This document shows positions 45,808 to 56,946 of a stretch of 64,000 nucleotides of DNA, piece by piece (the first letter of the stretch is position 1; each line of letters begins with the position of its first letter). The notes below the pieces were generated by a model that made no database searches, was not told the origin of the DNA, and saw nothing but the letters and a program-made list of their open reading frames with translations. The stretch spans positions 672,001 to 736,000 of the forward strand of contig OZ219866.1 of the NCBI GenBank assembly GCA_964291675.2, written 5' to 3'. Position numbers and translations under genes: made by a program. Origin of the DNA: Alphaproteobacteria bacterium (GTDB taxonomy: Bacteria > Pseudomonadota > Alphaproteobacteria > MPNO01).

Positions 45808-46296
45808 TCATCGGGGCGAGAGCATTCGGCGCAGCACGTCCGTCTTCGCCCAGAAATGCTGGTAGAGCGCGCCGACGATGTGCAGGCCAACCACGATCAT
45901 GATCACGTTCTCGCCGATCGAGTGAATCTCGCGCATCGTCTCGAGGCCCAGCCACCACGCCAGCGCGCCGGTGACTGGCATCAGGAGGATCAGGGCGTAG
46001 AGCGCCACATGAACCGCATGCGCGGCCAGCTTCATCGGGTAGGGCTCGTTCTCGGGCAGCGGTGGCACGCCTCGCGTGAAGCGGAGATACAGGCGTGCGA
46101 GTGCAAGCACGAAGACGGCGATGCCAGCGGCGACGTGGAGGTCGGCAAGGAATTCACCGGTCGGACTCACCGCCTCGCCGTCGTGGAGATCGCCGATGCT
46201 CTCGTTCAGGAGGAACATCTGGAGAGCGACCAGCACTACCACCGTCCAGTGCAGCGCGATCTGGAGCCCGGAGTAGCCCCTTGGTGTTGCACTCAT
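45808..46296 (-). CDS. Cytochrome b561 (close paralog of 34497-34991)
   Basis: YSGLQIALHW, ADLHVAAGIAVF, RLYLRFTRGVPPLP, VTGALAWWL. Confidence 0.92.
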   Translation of the reverse strand: MSATPRGYSGLQIALHWTVVVLVALQMFLLNESIGDLHDGEAVSPTGEFLADLHVAAGIAVFVLALARLYLRFTRGVPPLPENEPYPMKLAAHAVHVALYALILLMPVTGALAWWLGLETMREIHSIGENVIMIVVGLHIVGALYQHFWAKTDVLRRMLSPR

Positions 46297-46464
46297 CGGA
46301 TCGTCGTTGCTCCGTTAGTCTTTGCCACGAACAGCGCCGCGGCAAGAACGTTCTCCGTCGCGGTCTCGAGCACCGTCCCGGGACGAAGCGGCGCCGTCGA
46401 TGGGAGGGTTTCCAGCAGCGGCGAGACGCGCGGGGCGAATTCGGTCAGGCCGGCCCTCATGGGA

Positions 46465-46551
46465 TCATCCGGCGAAGAACGCGGCGCGGATCAGGAGGGC
46501 GAGAGCCACGAGCAGGAGCCCGACGACCACCGCGATCGAGAAAAGCTCCAT
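46465..46551 (-). CDS. Putative 28-aa single-TM peptide
   Basis: MELFSIAVVVGLLLVALALLIRAAFFAG*, preceded by GAAGAG. Confidence 0.35.
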   Translation of the reverse strand: MELFSIAVVVGLLLVALALLIRAAFFAG

Positions 46552-47229
46552 GCGGCTCTTCGGCCAGCCCCGAAATGCATCGCAGGGGTCGTCACGCCTG
46601 TGCCGGGGGGACCGCATTCAGATGGCTGATTCAGTCATCTCGGACCGGGCCTGGGCTCGAGCGACTCTTCGTTGAGCCCGGGCTCCTCGTCGCGCGGCGT
46701 CGATCCCGGCCGAAAATCTCTCGATTCGGTTGTCGGTGCATTCCGCCGGGCACGGCGTCGAAGGTGTGGGCCGCGGAGTGGGATCGGCGGATCTTCGATG
46801 TCGGCCGGCCCCGGACGCGGGTCGCCCTGCGCCTCCACGGGCCCGCCGCGAAGACGCCGCAATTCCGTGCCCGCAAGCGCGGCGTTCGGTCTCGCGAATT
46901 CCATATGTGTGCCTGCAATCCAATGGGCTGAACGAGGGCAGCGACGCTTACCCGGCGCGATCATGGACAGCCCGTTGTGAGAGTGTCGTGAGCGAATCGA
47001 CGAATATCGTGTGCATCGCAGGGAATCCGCGAAGATTTCGTGAGCGGTGCGAGGGCCACACCCTTCCGTTGGAGCGGATGTCGCGCTGACTCTTAACTCT
47101 CTCGTGAAAAGGCGAAGGAAGCGTTCGCCATGGGCACCCGTGGCGGTTGTCGATATTGTCACTGTCAGTTGCGTGAACACGCCTCAGCCTGCAGTTACCG
47201 CAACTCGCCGGCGACGGCCTTCATTCTAG

Positions 47230-47790
47230 CGGTGAATACCGCCAACGTGCGTCCGCACGGCATGACGGGCGAGTGACCCGCCGACCGCTTTGAACGCGAC
47301 GAGCGCGCGGTGCTGCGGCCCTTGGCCAACAGCCCAACCGCCGTCTCAGCGTCAGGCGGGCTCTGGAGCCCGCACGGCGGCACTTCCCGGTGACCTCGAA
47401 GCTCGAGCGGCGACCGTTCAGCGTCTACGCTGAGGCACTGCAATGAAGGCTCCGGCGCCGAGCCGGCGCAACCGGCTGAGCGCCATGCTGGCCGACCTCA
47501 AGACGCCCGGCGTGCTCGAGGCCGTCGACGGCATCCTCTCCGAGGTCGACGGCGGCGCGATCTCGGCGGCCGAGGCCATCGAGCGGCTGCTCGGTGCCCA
47601 GATCGAGTTGTACAACAACCGCTGGCTCAAGGCCGCCAGGCGCTCTTCCAGGCTGCCCGCCGTGAAGACGCTGGCGCAGTCCGACTTCGCCCTCCAGCCC
47701 AGCATCAAGCGCGAACAGATCGAGAGCCTGCAAGAACTCGGCTTCGTCGATCGGCGCGAGAACGTGATTCTGCTCGGCCCGCCGGGTCCG
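47230..47790 (+). mobile_element. IS21 family remnant (degenerate istA 3' end, truncated istB starting at 47443)
   Basis: ANVRPHGMTGE*PADRFE; IstB-like KTLAQSDFALQPSI...LGFVDRRENVILLGPPG cut within Walker A. Confidence 0.85.
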
Positions 47791-47814
47791 AGCACACAAG
47801 GCACACCTCGCTAT

Positions 47815-48170
47815 GTTATTGAAAGTTCGGCTGTTGCTGGTTCGGATCGGCTGTTCGCGGGCCGACGTTACGCAGATCGGTGTCGTACAGCGCGTCCACC
47901 TGCGCCTCCGGGATCGTCCAAGGCGCTCCCTTGCACACCTACGCGGCCTCGATCGTGCCGTCCGAGATCGGGCGTATCACGGTGCTCTTGCTGATATCCA
48001 ACCGTTCGGCCGCTTCCGTCGGCGTCAGTTCGCCCCGATCGGCCATCTCGCCGGATCGGTAATCAGCCACATCGTGTCCGTTGCGGAGGCTGCCCACCCG
48101 CGCTCCGGCCCACGAGTTGCCTCGCCCGGTCTTCTTGCCGACACGGTTGAGCGTGCGCGCAATTCGGCAC
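47815..48170 (-). pseudogene. C-terminal fragment of a large serine recombinase with terminal HTH
   Basis: IARTLNRVGKKTGRGNSWAGARVGSLR...LTPTEAAERLDISKSTV...IEAA*VCKGAPWTIP. Confidence 0.7.
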
Positions 48171-48546
48171 CGTTGACAAGACAGGCGACGCTTCTCGACA
48201 ATTCTTGCACGTAATTTGTGAATACTTTGTGTGCAATATGGCAGAAAGAGTGAGGGTTTGAGAGATAACACCAAGACGTCCACGTTCGGTCCGCCCATTC
48301 GCGCCGGCACAATTCCGGCGTGGGCCGCCAGCCGAGTGACGACCGCGCCCTTCGGCTCGAATCGCCCGTTGCAATGAGGTATTCGCTGCCTAGTCGGAGA
48401 GAACGAATGTGTATCATGTGGCGCCCCAGAAGAGCCGCAATTCCGCGGGAATCACCTCGCGCCGAATCCGACCCCCGCGAGCGGACATCGCAACCTTCGG
48501 CAACCGGGCCCGACCAGCACGATTCATCGCGATCCTGGAGGGTTCC

Positions 48547-50892
48547 TTGAAGAGCCGCGCCGAGCTCGAGCGTGAGATCGAGGTCCTGGGGGAGCGCATC
48601 TCCACCTTGAGCGCAGCGGTGCTCCGCCTCGGCTCGAGCCTCGATCTGGCTACCGTGCTGCAGGAGGCCGCCGACAGCGCGCGCGCGCTGACGGGCGCGC
48701 GCTACAGCCTGATCGTCACCATCGACGAGGCGGGCGAGGCGCAGGAATTTGTCACCTCGGGGCTGACCCCGGACGAGCACCGCGAGCTTGCCGAGTGGTC
48801 GGACGGCCCGCGGCTGTTCGCGTATCTCCGCGACCTGCCGGGACCGCTCAGGCTCGGCGATCTGTCGGGGTATATCCGCGCGCTCGGCTTCTCCGACGAG
48901 CTGGTGCGCACCAGGACGATGCACGGCACGCCGATGCGCCACCGCGGCGTGCAGGTCGGCAATTTCTTCCTCGGCGGCAAGGAGGGCGCGGCCGGGTTCA
49001 GCGCCGCGGACGACGAGATGCTGGACCTGTTCGCCTCGCAGGCGGCGGCGGCGATCGTCAACGCGCGCGCCCACCGGCACGAGCGTCGCGCGCGGACCGA
49101 CCTCGAGGCGCTGATCGAGACCACCCCGTTGGGCGTCATCGTGTTCGACGCCCGCACCCGGCGGCCGGTGTCCTCCAACCGGGAGGCGGACCGGCTCATT
49201 GCGACCCTCCGGGCGCCGGGCCGCCCGTTCGAGGAGTTCATGGAGACCGTGACCTGCCGGTTCGGCGACGGGCGCGAGATCGCCCTGAACGAACTGGCGC
49301 TGGCGGCGGAGCTGAAGACCGCCGAGACGGTGCGCGCCGAGGAGATCGTGCTCCAGGCGCCGAACGGGCGGAGCGTGTCGATGCTGGTCAACGCGACGCC
49401 GATCCATGGCGAGGACGGCGAGGTGGAATCGATGGTGGTTACCATGCAGGACCTGGCGCCGCTGGACGAGCTGGACCGCCAGCGCGCGGAGTTCCTGGGC
49501 ATGGTGAGCCACGAGCTGCGCACCCCGCTGGCCGCCATCAAGGGCTCGACCGCGACCGTGCTGGATGCCTCGCCGGCGCTCGACCCGGTCGAGCTGCACC
49601 AGTTCTTCCGGGTCATCGACGAGCAGGCCGACCAGATGCGGGGCCTGATCGGCGACCTCCTGGACGCAGGCCGCATCGACGCGGGCACGCTGTCGGTCTC
49701 GCCGGTGCCGACCGAGCTTCGGGAGCTGGTGGAGCAGGCGCGGAACGCGCTCCAGAACAGCGGCGCCACGCACACCTTCCTCGTCGACCTGCCGCTGGAC
49801 CTGCCCCTTGTGCTAGCCGACGGACCGCGCATCGTGCAGGTGCTGAACAACCTGTTGTGCAATGCCGCCAGGCACTCTCCCGGCTCGTCGCCCATCCGGG
49901 TCGCCGCTTCGCGCGATGGCCCGCTCGTCGCGGTCTCGGTCTCGGATGAGGGCAAGGGGGTGCCGGCGGAGCAGCTGCCGCACCTGTTCCGCAAGCATAG
50001 CGGCCCCGGCGACGACGCCGCGCGCGGTCTCAGGGGATCGGGCCTCGGGCTTGCCATCTGCAAGGGCCTCGTGGAGGCGCATGGCGGGCGCATCCGGGCG
50101 GAGAGCGGCGGGCCGGGCCAGGGCGCCCGGTTCACCTTCACGATCCCGGTCGCCGAGGACGCCGCCCGCGCGCCCGGAGATGCCCGCGACCGCGCCCTGC
50201 CGGCCGGCCGGGAAGGCGCGCCGCTGCCCGTCCTGGTGGTGGACGACGACCCGCGCACGCTGCGCTTCGTGCGCGACGCGCTGACCCAGGCGGGCTACAC
50301 GCCGATCGCCACCGGTGACCACCGCGAGCTCTCCGAGATCGTCAGGGCGAAGCGGCCCTGCCTGGTGCTGCTCGACCTGATGCTGCCCGGCGCGGACGGC
50401 ATCGAGCTCATGGAAACCGTCCCCGAGCTGGCCGACCTGCCGGTCATCTTCATCTCCGCCTACGGGAGGGACGAGACCGTCGCCAGGGCATTGGACAAAG
50501 GCGCCGCCGACTACCTCGTCAAGCCCTTCTCGGCGACCGAGCTGACGGCGCGGATTCAGGCGGCGCTGCGCAAGCGGGCCGGGCCGGAGACCTTCGTCCT
50601 CGGCGATCTCTCCGTCGACTACGACGAGCGGCGGGTGACCGTGGCCGGGCGTGCGGTGCGGATGACCGCCACCGAGTTCGAGCTGCTGCGCCTGCTCGCC
50701 TTGAACGCGGGCCGGGTCTCGACCTACGAATCGCTGATCCGGCAGCTCTGGAACGGGCCCGACTCCGGCGACCCCGACCGCATACGCACCTTCATCAAGC
50801 AGCTGCGCCGCAAGCTCGGCGACGACCCCGCCAGACCGACATACATCCTCAACGAGCGCGGCGTCGGATACCGAATGCCGAAACCGGAATAG
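48547..50892 (+). CDS. Cytoplasmic hybrid regulator GAF-PAS-HisKA-HATPase-REC-winged helix
   Basis: TTG start after GGAGG; GAF (VGNFFLG...DDEMLDLFASQAA), PAS, SHELRTPL, GSGLGLAI, LLDLMLPG, IKQLRRKLGDDP...NERGVGY. Confidence 0.92.
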   Translation: MKSRAELEREIEVLGERISTLSAAVLRLGSSLDLATVLQEAADSARALTGARYSLIVTIDEAGEAQEFVTSGLTPDEHRELAEWSDGPRLFAYLRDLPGPLRLGDLSGYIRALGFSDELVRTRTMHGTPMRHRGVQVGNFFLGGKEGAAGFSAADDEMLDLFASQAAAAIVNARAHRHERRARTDLEALIETTPLGVIVFDARTRRPVSSNREADRLIATLRAPGRPFEEFMETVTCRFGDGREIALNELALAAELKTAETVRAEEIVLQAPNGRSVSMLVNATPIHGEDGEVESMVVTMQDLAPLDELDRQRAEFLGMVSHELRTPLAAIKGSTATVLDASPALDPVELHQFFRVIDEQADQMRGLIGDLLDAGRIDAGTLSVSPVPTELRELVEQARNALQNSGATHTFLVDLPLDLPLVLADGPRIVQVLNNLLCNAARHSPGSSPIRVAASRDGPLVAVSVSDEGKGVPAEQLPHLFRKHSGPGDDAARGLRGSGLGLAICKGLVEAHGGRIRAESGGPGQGARFTFTIPVAEDAARAPGDARDRALPAGREGAPLPVLVVDDDPRTLRFVRDALTQAGYTPIATGDHRELSEIVRAKRPCLVLLDLMLPGADGIELMETVPELADLPVIFISAYGRDETVARALDKGAADYLVKPFSATELTARIQAALRKRAGPETFVLGDLSVDYDERRVTVAGRAVRMTATEFELLRLLALNAGRVSTYESLIRQLWNGPDSGDPDRIRTFIKQLRRKLGDDPARPTYILNERGVGYRMPKPE

Positions 50893-50989
50893 TAGCGAGG
50901 GCCCCGCGAAGCCGGTCCCGCGCCGCAACCGTTTTCCACGACGTCCCCTGCCGGTCGGCGGCGGCCCGGCCCGCCCGGCCCCATTCGCC

Positions 50990-51077
50990 GAGGCTGGTGG
51001 GCCAGGCGGATCGCGATGCGCAGGACAAGCAGGGCGAGCATCGTTACCCCGGCCGAGATGTGGAGGCCGAACAGCAG
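50990..51077 (-). pseudogene. Cytochrome b561 fragment (copy of the 41179-41721 type)
   Basis: LLFGLHISAGVTMLALLVLRIAIRLAHQP vs FLFDLHISVGVTLLALLVLRIAIRLIHRP. Confidence 0.85.
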
Positions 51078-51285
51078 TGAGGTGGCCCCGGTTCGTCGGA
51101 CAGCCTGACCGCTCGGTTAAAATGTATTCCGGTGGAAGTTCAGGCCGGCAGAATCCTCTTGAATCGATCTTCCCGTTGCTGCTGTTGCGCCTGTGGGGAT
51201 GTGGTCAAGGCCCGAAGCGGCTTGTCAATCATATCCACAGGCGTATTGTCCCGGTAGGTCTCGGTCGAGGTTCGGCCTCGCGCAG
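51078..51285 (-). mobile_element. IS3 family right-end remnant
   Basis: Terminus TGAGGTGGCCCCGGTTCGTCGGACAG at 51078; transposase tail ETYRDNTPVDMIDKPLRALTTSPQAQQQQ...ILPA*. Confidence 0.7.
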
Positions 51286-51738
51286 TAGGACCACGCCGCC
51301 GTCGGCAACCGCGGCGGCGTATCGTCCGGGTGGCCGCGCGGCGGCGCGGGATGCGACGGGCGGTAAGGTCCTGTGGTCACAGGACTTTCTGTCCGTTCAT
51401 GCGAAGAGGGGTGCTGGCGAGAATGGCACCATCGGTGCGGTGCAGATGTTTGCGCGTCGGGGCGCTTCGCATGGGGCAGCTGAAGCGGCGACAGGGCGCT
51501 GGCAGCCTAGTCGACGAAGGTGATTCCCAATAGATTCTCAAGCAAGTACGAAAAAATGAGGTCAGACAGTTCCCGCGCCGCGGGATATCCGGGCTAATGA
51601 GACTCGCCAATTGTCATTAAGGAAATATTTCAACACTCTAACGAGCTACCGCGTCGAAGCGGAACCGAGCGCCACCGACGGAGCCGAGCTTTTCTCCTTG
51701 CCCTCGCGCCCCCGGATCCGCCGACAGGAGAACGCCGA

Positions 51739-52326
51739 ATGAATGGTGACTTGAGCCGAGATGGGGACAGGAGCATCAGGCTCGGCAGGGAGATACGTCA
51801 CTGGCGTCTGGTGAAGGGCCTCACCCTGAAAGACATGGCGAAGCTCGTCGGGTGTTCGGAGAGCCTGTTATCGAAAGTCGAGAACGACCGGACGACTCCC
51901 TCCTTGAGCACGTTGCACAAGATTGCGGTGGCGCTGGACTTGAGTGTCGGCGACATATTCGGGTCCGGGGAGAGTGAAATCGTCACGCGGGCGAACAAGA
52001 GGAATGTGCTCCTTGTCGACGGGGATGAGTCCGACAGGGACCGTATGCGGTTGGAACAGCTTGTTCCGGCCAAGAAGGGCAGATTGCTTCAGTCCGACAT
52101 GTACGTCATACCCCCGGGTGGCGGAAGCAACGGAGACATTCAGCATTCTGGAGAGGAGTTTGGCTTTGTAATGGAGGGGTCGCTTCTCCTTACCATTGAT
52201 AACATGTCCTATCTGCTGGAAGCGGGCGACTCATTCGTCTTTCGTTCTGAGCTGGCACATTCGTTTATCAACAACGGCGATACCGTTGCCCGTGTACTCT
52301 GGGTAAACACGCCTCCCACCTTTTAG
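51739..52326 (+). CDS. XRE-HTH/cupin transcriptional regulator (PuuR-like)
   Basis: LTLKDMAKLVGCSESLLSKVEN...PSLSTL; HSGEEFGFVMEG...GDSFVF...HSF. Confidence 0.92.
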   Translation: MNGDLSRDGDRSIRLGREIRHWRLVKGLTLKDMAKLVGCSESLLSKVENDRTTPSLSTLHKIAVALDLSVGDIFGSGESEIVTRANKRNVLLVDGDESDRDRMRLEQLVPAKKGRLLQSDMYVIPPGGGSNGDIQHSGEEFGFVMEGSLLLTIDNMSYLLEAGDSFVFRSELAHSFINNGDTVARVLWVNTPPTF

Positions 52327-52453
52327 CGAACGATGCCGAGTGCGCCGACATTCGAAGTGGGCAGGTCGGTGCGGGATCGTAGGCAGCGTAGGCTATCCGC
52401 CCGGCCCGGGATCACGGATTCTCTTGAGCGCCGCTCGGCGGCTTGCCCCTGGT

Positions 52454-53239
<786 letters not shown>

Positions 53240-53261
53240 GGCGCCGCTCTCCCCTTGCCGT

Positions 53262-53918
53262 TCAGTACGCGCGGCCGAACCGGCGTTCCAGCGCCCCGCC
53301 GGCGAGCGCGATCCCCTCGATGATCAACCAGTAGAGCAGGGCGACCGCCACGTAGGGCTCGAACACCGCGAAGGTCTCGTTGACCATCTGCGTCGTGTTC
53401 TTGGTCAATTCGGCCACCGTGATGATCGAAAGCAAAGCCGATTCCTTGGTCAGGATGATCACCTGATTGGTGGATGGCGGGATGATCAGCGTCAGCATCT
53501 GCGGAATCTGGATCCTGGCGATGATCGATCGGCGCGGAATCCCGAGCATGCGTGCCGCTTCGATCTGTCCGAACGGGATGGATTGAAACCCGGCCCGGAA
53601 GATTTCCGCGAAATACCCGCCGCCATAGAACCCGAGCCCGACGATCCCGACCGTCTCGGCCGCCAGGGTCAGGCCGATCGAGGGGCCGCCATAGTAGACG
53701 ATGAACAGCAGAATCAGGATCGGCGTACCGCGCATGACCTCGATATAGGCCCGGCACAGGAGCTTCGCGGCACGAAAGGGCAGGCCGTATATCAGCGCGG
53801 CCGCAAGGCCGGCGGCGACCGCGAGCAGCGATGCGAGCGCGCAGATATAGACCGTCGTCCACAACCCCGACAGCAGCAACGGTCCGTAGCGAAGCACGAT
53901 ATCGAAATCGAAGGACAC
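53262..53918 (-). CDS. Amino acid ABC permease
   Basis: MRGTPIL, AEIFRAG...[19 protein letters not shown]. Confidence 0.92.
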   Translation of the reverse strand: MSFDFDIVLRYGPLLLSGLWTTVYICALASLLAVAAGLAAALIYGLPFRAAKLLCRAYIEVMRGTPILILLFIVYYGGPSIGLTLAAETVGIVGLGFYGGGYFAEIFRAGFQSIPFGQIEAARMLGIPRRSIIARIQIPQMLTLIIPPSTNQVIILTKESALLSIITVAELTKNTTQMVNETFAVFEPYVAVALLYWLIIEGIALAGGALERRFGRAY

Positions 53919-53934
53919 GGTTTTCCCCGACCTC

Positions 53935-54594
53935 CTAGCGCGCCGCCGCGAGGGCGTGGCGCCTCTCGAACCAGGCCCCGGCGCGGGCCAGCACGAGGTT
54001 CATCGCGAGATAGATGACGGCCGCGATCATGTAGGTTTCCAACGGGCGGTAGGTGACGGAGACCACCTGCTGGCTGGTGCGCATGAGCTCGGTCACCGCG
54101 ATCACCGAGATCAGCGACGAGTTCTTGAGGATGCTGATCGTCTCGTTGATGAGCGCGGGGAGCACCAGGCGCATCATCTGCGGGATCAGGATCCGCACCC
54201 TGACGGCCAGGATCCCGATCCCCAACATGCGCGCGGCCTCGACCTGGCCGGAGGGGATGGTCAGGAGCCCGCCCCGGAAGATCTCGGCCTGGAACGCGGC
54301 GGTGTTCATGGTCAGCGCGATGATCGCCGCGGCCACCGGCGGCACGTCCAGGCCGATTTCCGGCAGCAGGTAGAAGACGATCAGGAGCTGCACCAGGATG
54401 GGCGTCCCCCGCCAGGCGCTCCGATAGACCGCGGAGGCCCGCCGGAGCGGCCGGTTGCGGGAGACCAGGCCGAAGGCGAGCCAGAGCCCGAGGATCATGC
54501 CGAGCGCGATGGACACCGCCGAGACCGCAGCGGTCATCGCCGCCCCGACGAGAAAGGCGTTGTAGTGGCTCGCGATGACGCCGAGAAAATCCAC
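53935..54594 (-). CDS. Amino acid ABC permease
   Basis: WRGTPILVQ, AEIFRGG...GQVEAARMLG, LKNSSLISVI. Confidence 0.92.
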   Translation of the reverse strand: MDFLGVIASHYNAFLVGAAMTAAVSAVSIALGMILGLWLAFGLVSRNRPLRRASAVYRSAWRGTPILVQLLIVFYLLPEIGLDVPPVAAAIIALTMNTAAFQAEIFRGGLLTIPSGQVEAARMLGIGILAVRVRILIPQMMRLVLPALINETISILKNSSLISVIAVTELMRTSQQVVSVTYRPLETYMIAAVIYLAMNLVLARAGAWFERRHALAAAR

Positions 54595-54671
54595 CGGCGA
54601 GACCCGTCAACCCCCGACGCCGGCAGGAGGCACCGCCGTTCGCGGCCGCCCGGCGGTGTCCGCCCGGAGGT

Positions 54672-55529
54672 CTAGTCGCCCGGCACCGGCAGCTTGTCCG
54701 CCGGCAGGACCATGGGCCCGCCGAACCATTTCTTCTGCAGTTCCGTCAGAACCCCGGACCGGTTCAACTTGGCGAGCTGCTCGTCGATGAAGGCGACCAG
54801 AGAAGCGCTTGCGGCATCCTTGCGCCCCGCCCAGCTGAAGTACTTCTTGGGACCGAAGGTTGGCAGCACGAGCTCGAACCCGTCCGGCCGCTTGCGAACC
54901 AGCTCGAGCAGGTTCGGCAGGCTGTTGCAGACGGCGCTGATCCGCCCCGCCGCCAGATCCGCGAAGGCCTCGTTGAAGTCGACGTATGTCTTGATTCCCT
55001 TGACCCCCTTGCCGGTGCTCTCGAGTCCCTTGGCAAAGGCCTGAAGCGCCTGGAGCTGCGCCGAGCCCGCCTGCGAGCCGACCACGTGGCCGGCGATATC
55101 CGCCGGCGCGTCGATCGAATCGTCGCCCCTGCGCTTGACCAGCGCCATGGTGGCGTCGGCGATCGGCAGGCTGAGCGCGTACTTCGCGTAGCGCTCCTTC
55201 GTCACGGTCACCGAGGTGACGACATAGTCGAACTTGGCCGCGGCGAGGCCGGGCAGGATGCCCTGCCACGGAAGATCGAGGCGCTTCAGCTCGACCCCGG
55301 GCAGCGCCTTCATGATGTGCGCCATGATGTCGGTCGAATAGCCCACGATCTTCCCGTCCTCGACGAACTCGAAGGGCGGGAACCGCGCCTCGGTTCCGAC
55401 GACGAATTCGCCCCGTTTCTTGATCTCGGCCAGAAGATCCGCATTGGCCGGGCCGCCGGAGAAGGCGAGGCTCGCTGCGACGGTCGCCCCGAGTGCGACC
55501 GCCCACGCTCGTTTCAATGAGGCCAGCAT
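54672..55529 (-). CDS. Polar amino acid ABC substrate-binding protein
   Basis: Signal peptide; VGTEARFPPFEF, LPWQGILPGL, VTVTKER, LQKKWFG. Confidence 0.93.
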   Translation of the reverse strand: MLASLKRAWAVALGATVAASLAFSGGPANADLLAEIKKRGEFVVGTEARFPPFEFVEDGKIVGYSTDIMAHIMKALPGVELKRLDLPWQGILPGLAAAKFDYVVTSVTVTKERYAKYALSLPIADATMALVKRRGDDSIDAPADIAGHVVGSQAGSAQLQALQAFAKGLESTGKGVKGIKTYVDFNEAFADLAAGRISAVCNSLPNLLELVRKRPDGFELVLPTFGPKKYFSWAGRKDAASASLVAFIDEQLAKLNRSGVLTELQKKWFGGPMVLPADKLPVPGD

Positions 55530-55622
55530 CTTGATCCTCCGTCATAGACATTGCATTCTATTAAAGAAGATATCACTGGATGACAGCTTAGTGAATCATG
55601 TAATTGGGATGGAAGGCCGGCC

Positions 55623-56627
55623 ATGACATCGAGCAGCAGACGTTCCGGGCTAAGTCTCAACCGCCCGTTCGTCGGCATCCCGTCTTTTCTACGTGCGCCG
55701 ATCGAAACGGACCTCGATATGCTCGATGCCGACATCGCGGTCTTCGGTGTCCCCTTTGACGAAGGTTCGCCCTTCCTCGCCGGCTCGCGCATGGGGCCGC
55801 GCTCGATTCGCGAGCATTCGCTGCGGTTTGCCGACTCGGACGCGGGGTTCTACGACCCCGAGACTCGACGCACCCATCTGGCACACGAGATGGCGAACAA
55901 GACCATCGCCGACGTCGGCGACGTCGACGTATGGCCCACCGACGTCAAGAGCACTTTCGACAACGCGACCGACATGACCAAGGCAATCCTCTCGGCCGGT
56001 GCGCTGCCGGTGATGCTCGGCGGCGACCATTCGGTGACCTACCCGACCGTCAGGGGGTTCGAGGACGAGGAGCCGCTGCACGTCATCCACTTCGACGCCC
56101 ATATCGACTACGCGCCGTTCATCCACGATCTGCGCTTCACCAATGTCCACCCATTTCGCCACATCTCTCCGATGCAGCACGTATTGAGCCTCGCCCAGAT
56201 CGGGATCCGCAGTCTGCGCAGCGCCGAATCCGAAATCCAAGACTCGGTGAACGATGGAAACCGGGTGATGACCATGCGCGAATTCCACGACGTAGGCCCG
56301 AAGGGCGTTGCCGAAGTGGTTCCCCGCGATGCCCGGACCTACGTCAGCATCGACATCGACGTACTCGACTTGCCGCTGATACCTGGATGCGTATCCGCCG
56401 AGCCGAACGGAATGAGCTACGCGGAACTACGCGATACCTTGGCCGCCATCGCCGAACACTGCAATGTGGTCGGGCTCGATCTCGTGGAGGTCAATCCGAC
56501 CCTGGACGTGCGTACCGGCATTACTTCCTACCTCGCCGCGCACACGGTGCTGGAATTCCTCGGCAACATCTGTCGCCAACCGCGCTGGGTACAGCACCGC
56601 GACGTCCGCGCTGAGGTGCGCGGTTGA
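55623..56627 (+). CDS. Ureohydrolase (agmatinase/guanidino-acid hydrolase family)
   Basis: GVPFD, GPRSIR, GGDHS, HFDAHID, SIDIDVLD, DLVEVNP. Confidence 0.92.
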   Translation: MTSSSRRSGLSLNRPFVGIPSFLRAPIETDLDMLDADIAVFGVPFDEGSPFLAGSRMGPRSIREHSLRFADSDAGFYDPETRRTHLAHEMANKTIADVGDVDVWPTDVKSTFDNATDMTKAILSAGALPVMLGGDHSVTYPTVRGFEDEEPLHVIHFDAHIDYAPFIHDLRFTNVHPFRHISPMQHVLSLAQIGIRSLRSAESEIQDSVNDGNRVMTMREFHDVGPKGVAEVVPRDARTYVSIDIDVLDLPLIPGCVSAEPNGMSYAELRDTLAAIAEHCNVVGLDLVEVNPTLDVRTGITSYLAAHTVLEFLGNICRQPRWVQHRDVRAEVRG

Positions 56628-56946
56628 AACTCGTGGGATTTGGCTGACCGGCCTCCGCTGTCCCCGACCTGGTCCGCCGTTACCTTTTCCGCGCGTCGCA
56701 GTAGATCGGCGTTGCGCCCGGTCGCGCCGACATTCGAACCCGCAGTTCGCTGGCCAAAATGTCCGGCGAACTACTCAGTACGGCTCCGCTGCAGCGAAAC
56801 TCCGTTTACATTCAGAAACTTGGAACAGATCAGACCGCGAGTTCGATCGAATGTCGATCCCGGCTGAAACGCGTCCCGAGTCAAGAGTTTTTTCTTGGAG
56901 AGAAATTCGGCGGCGCCGGAGCCCCGGCGGGACAGGCCCGCCCGGC

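Noticed and set aside
46620-47225. Possible ncRNA or gene in a 600-bp gap
   Set aside because: No convincing ORF, codon bias or RNA motif recognised by eye; an Rfam search would be needed.
55530-55622. Guanidine riboswitch or operator upstream of the ureohydrolase
   Set aside because: Only 93 bp of AT-rich divergent promoter; no riboswitch consensus recognised, and the TCACT...AGTGA repeat is too weak to call.
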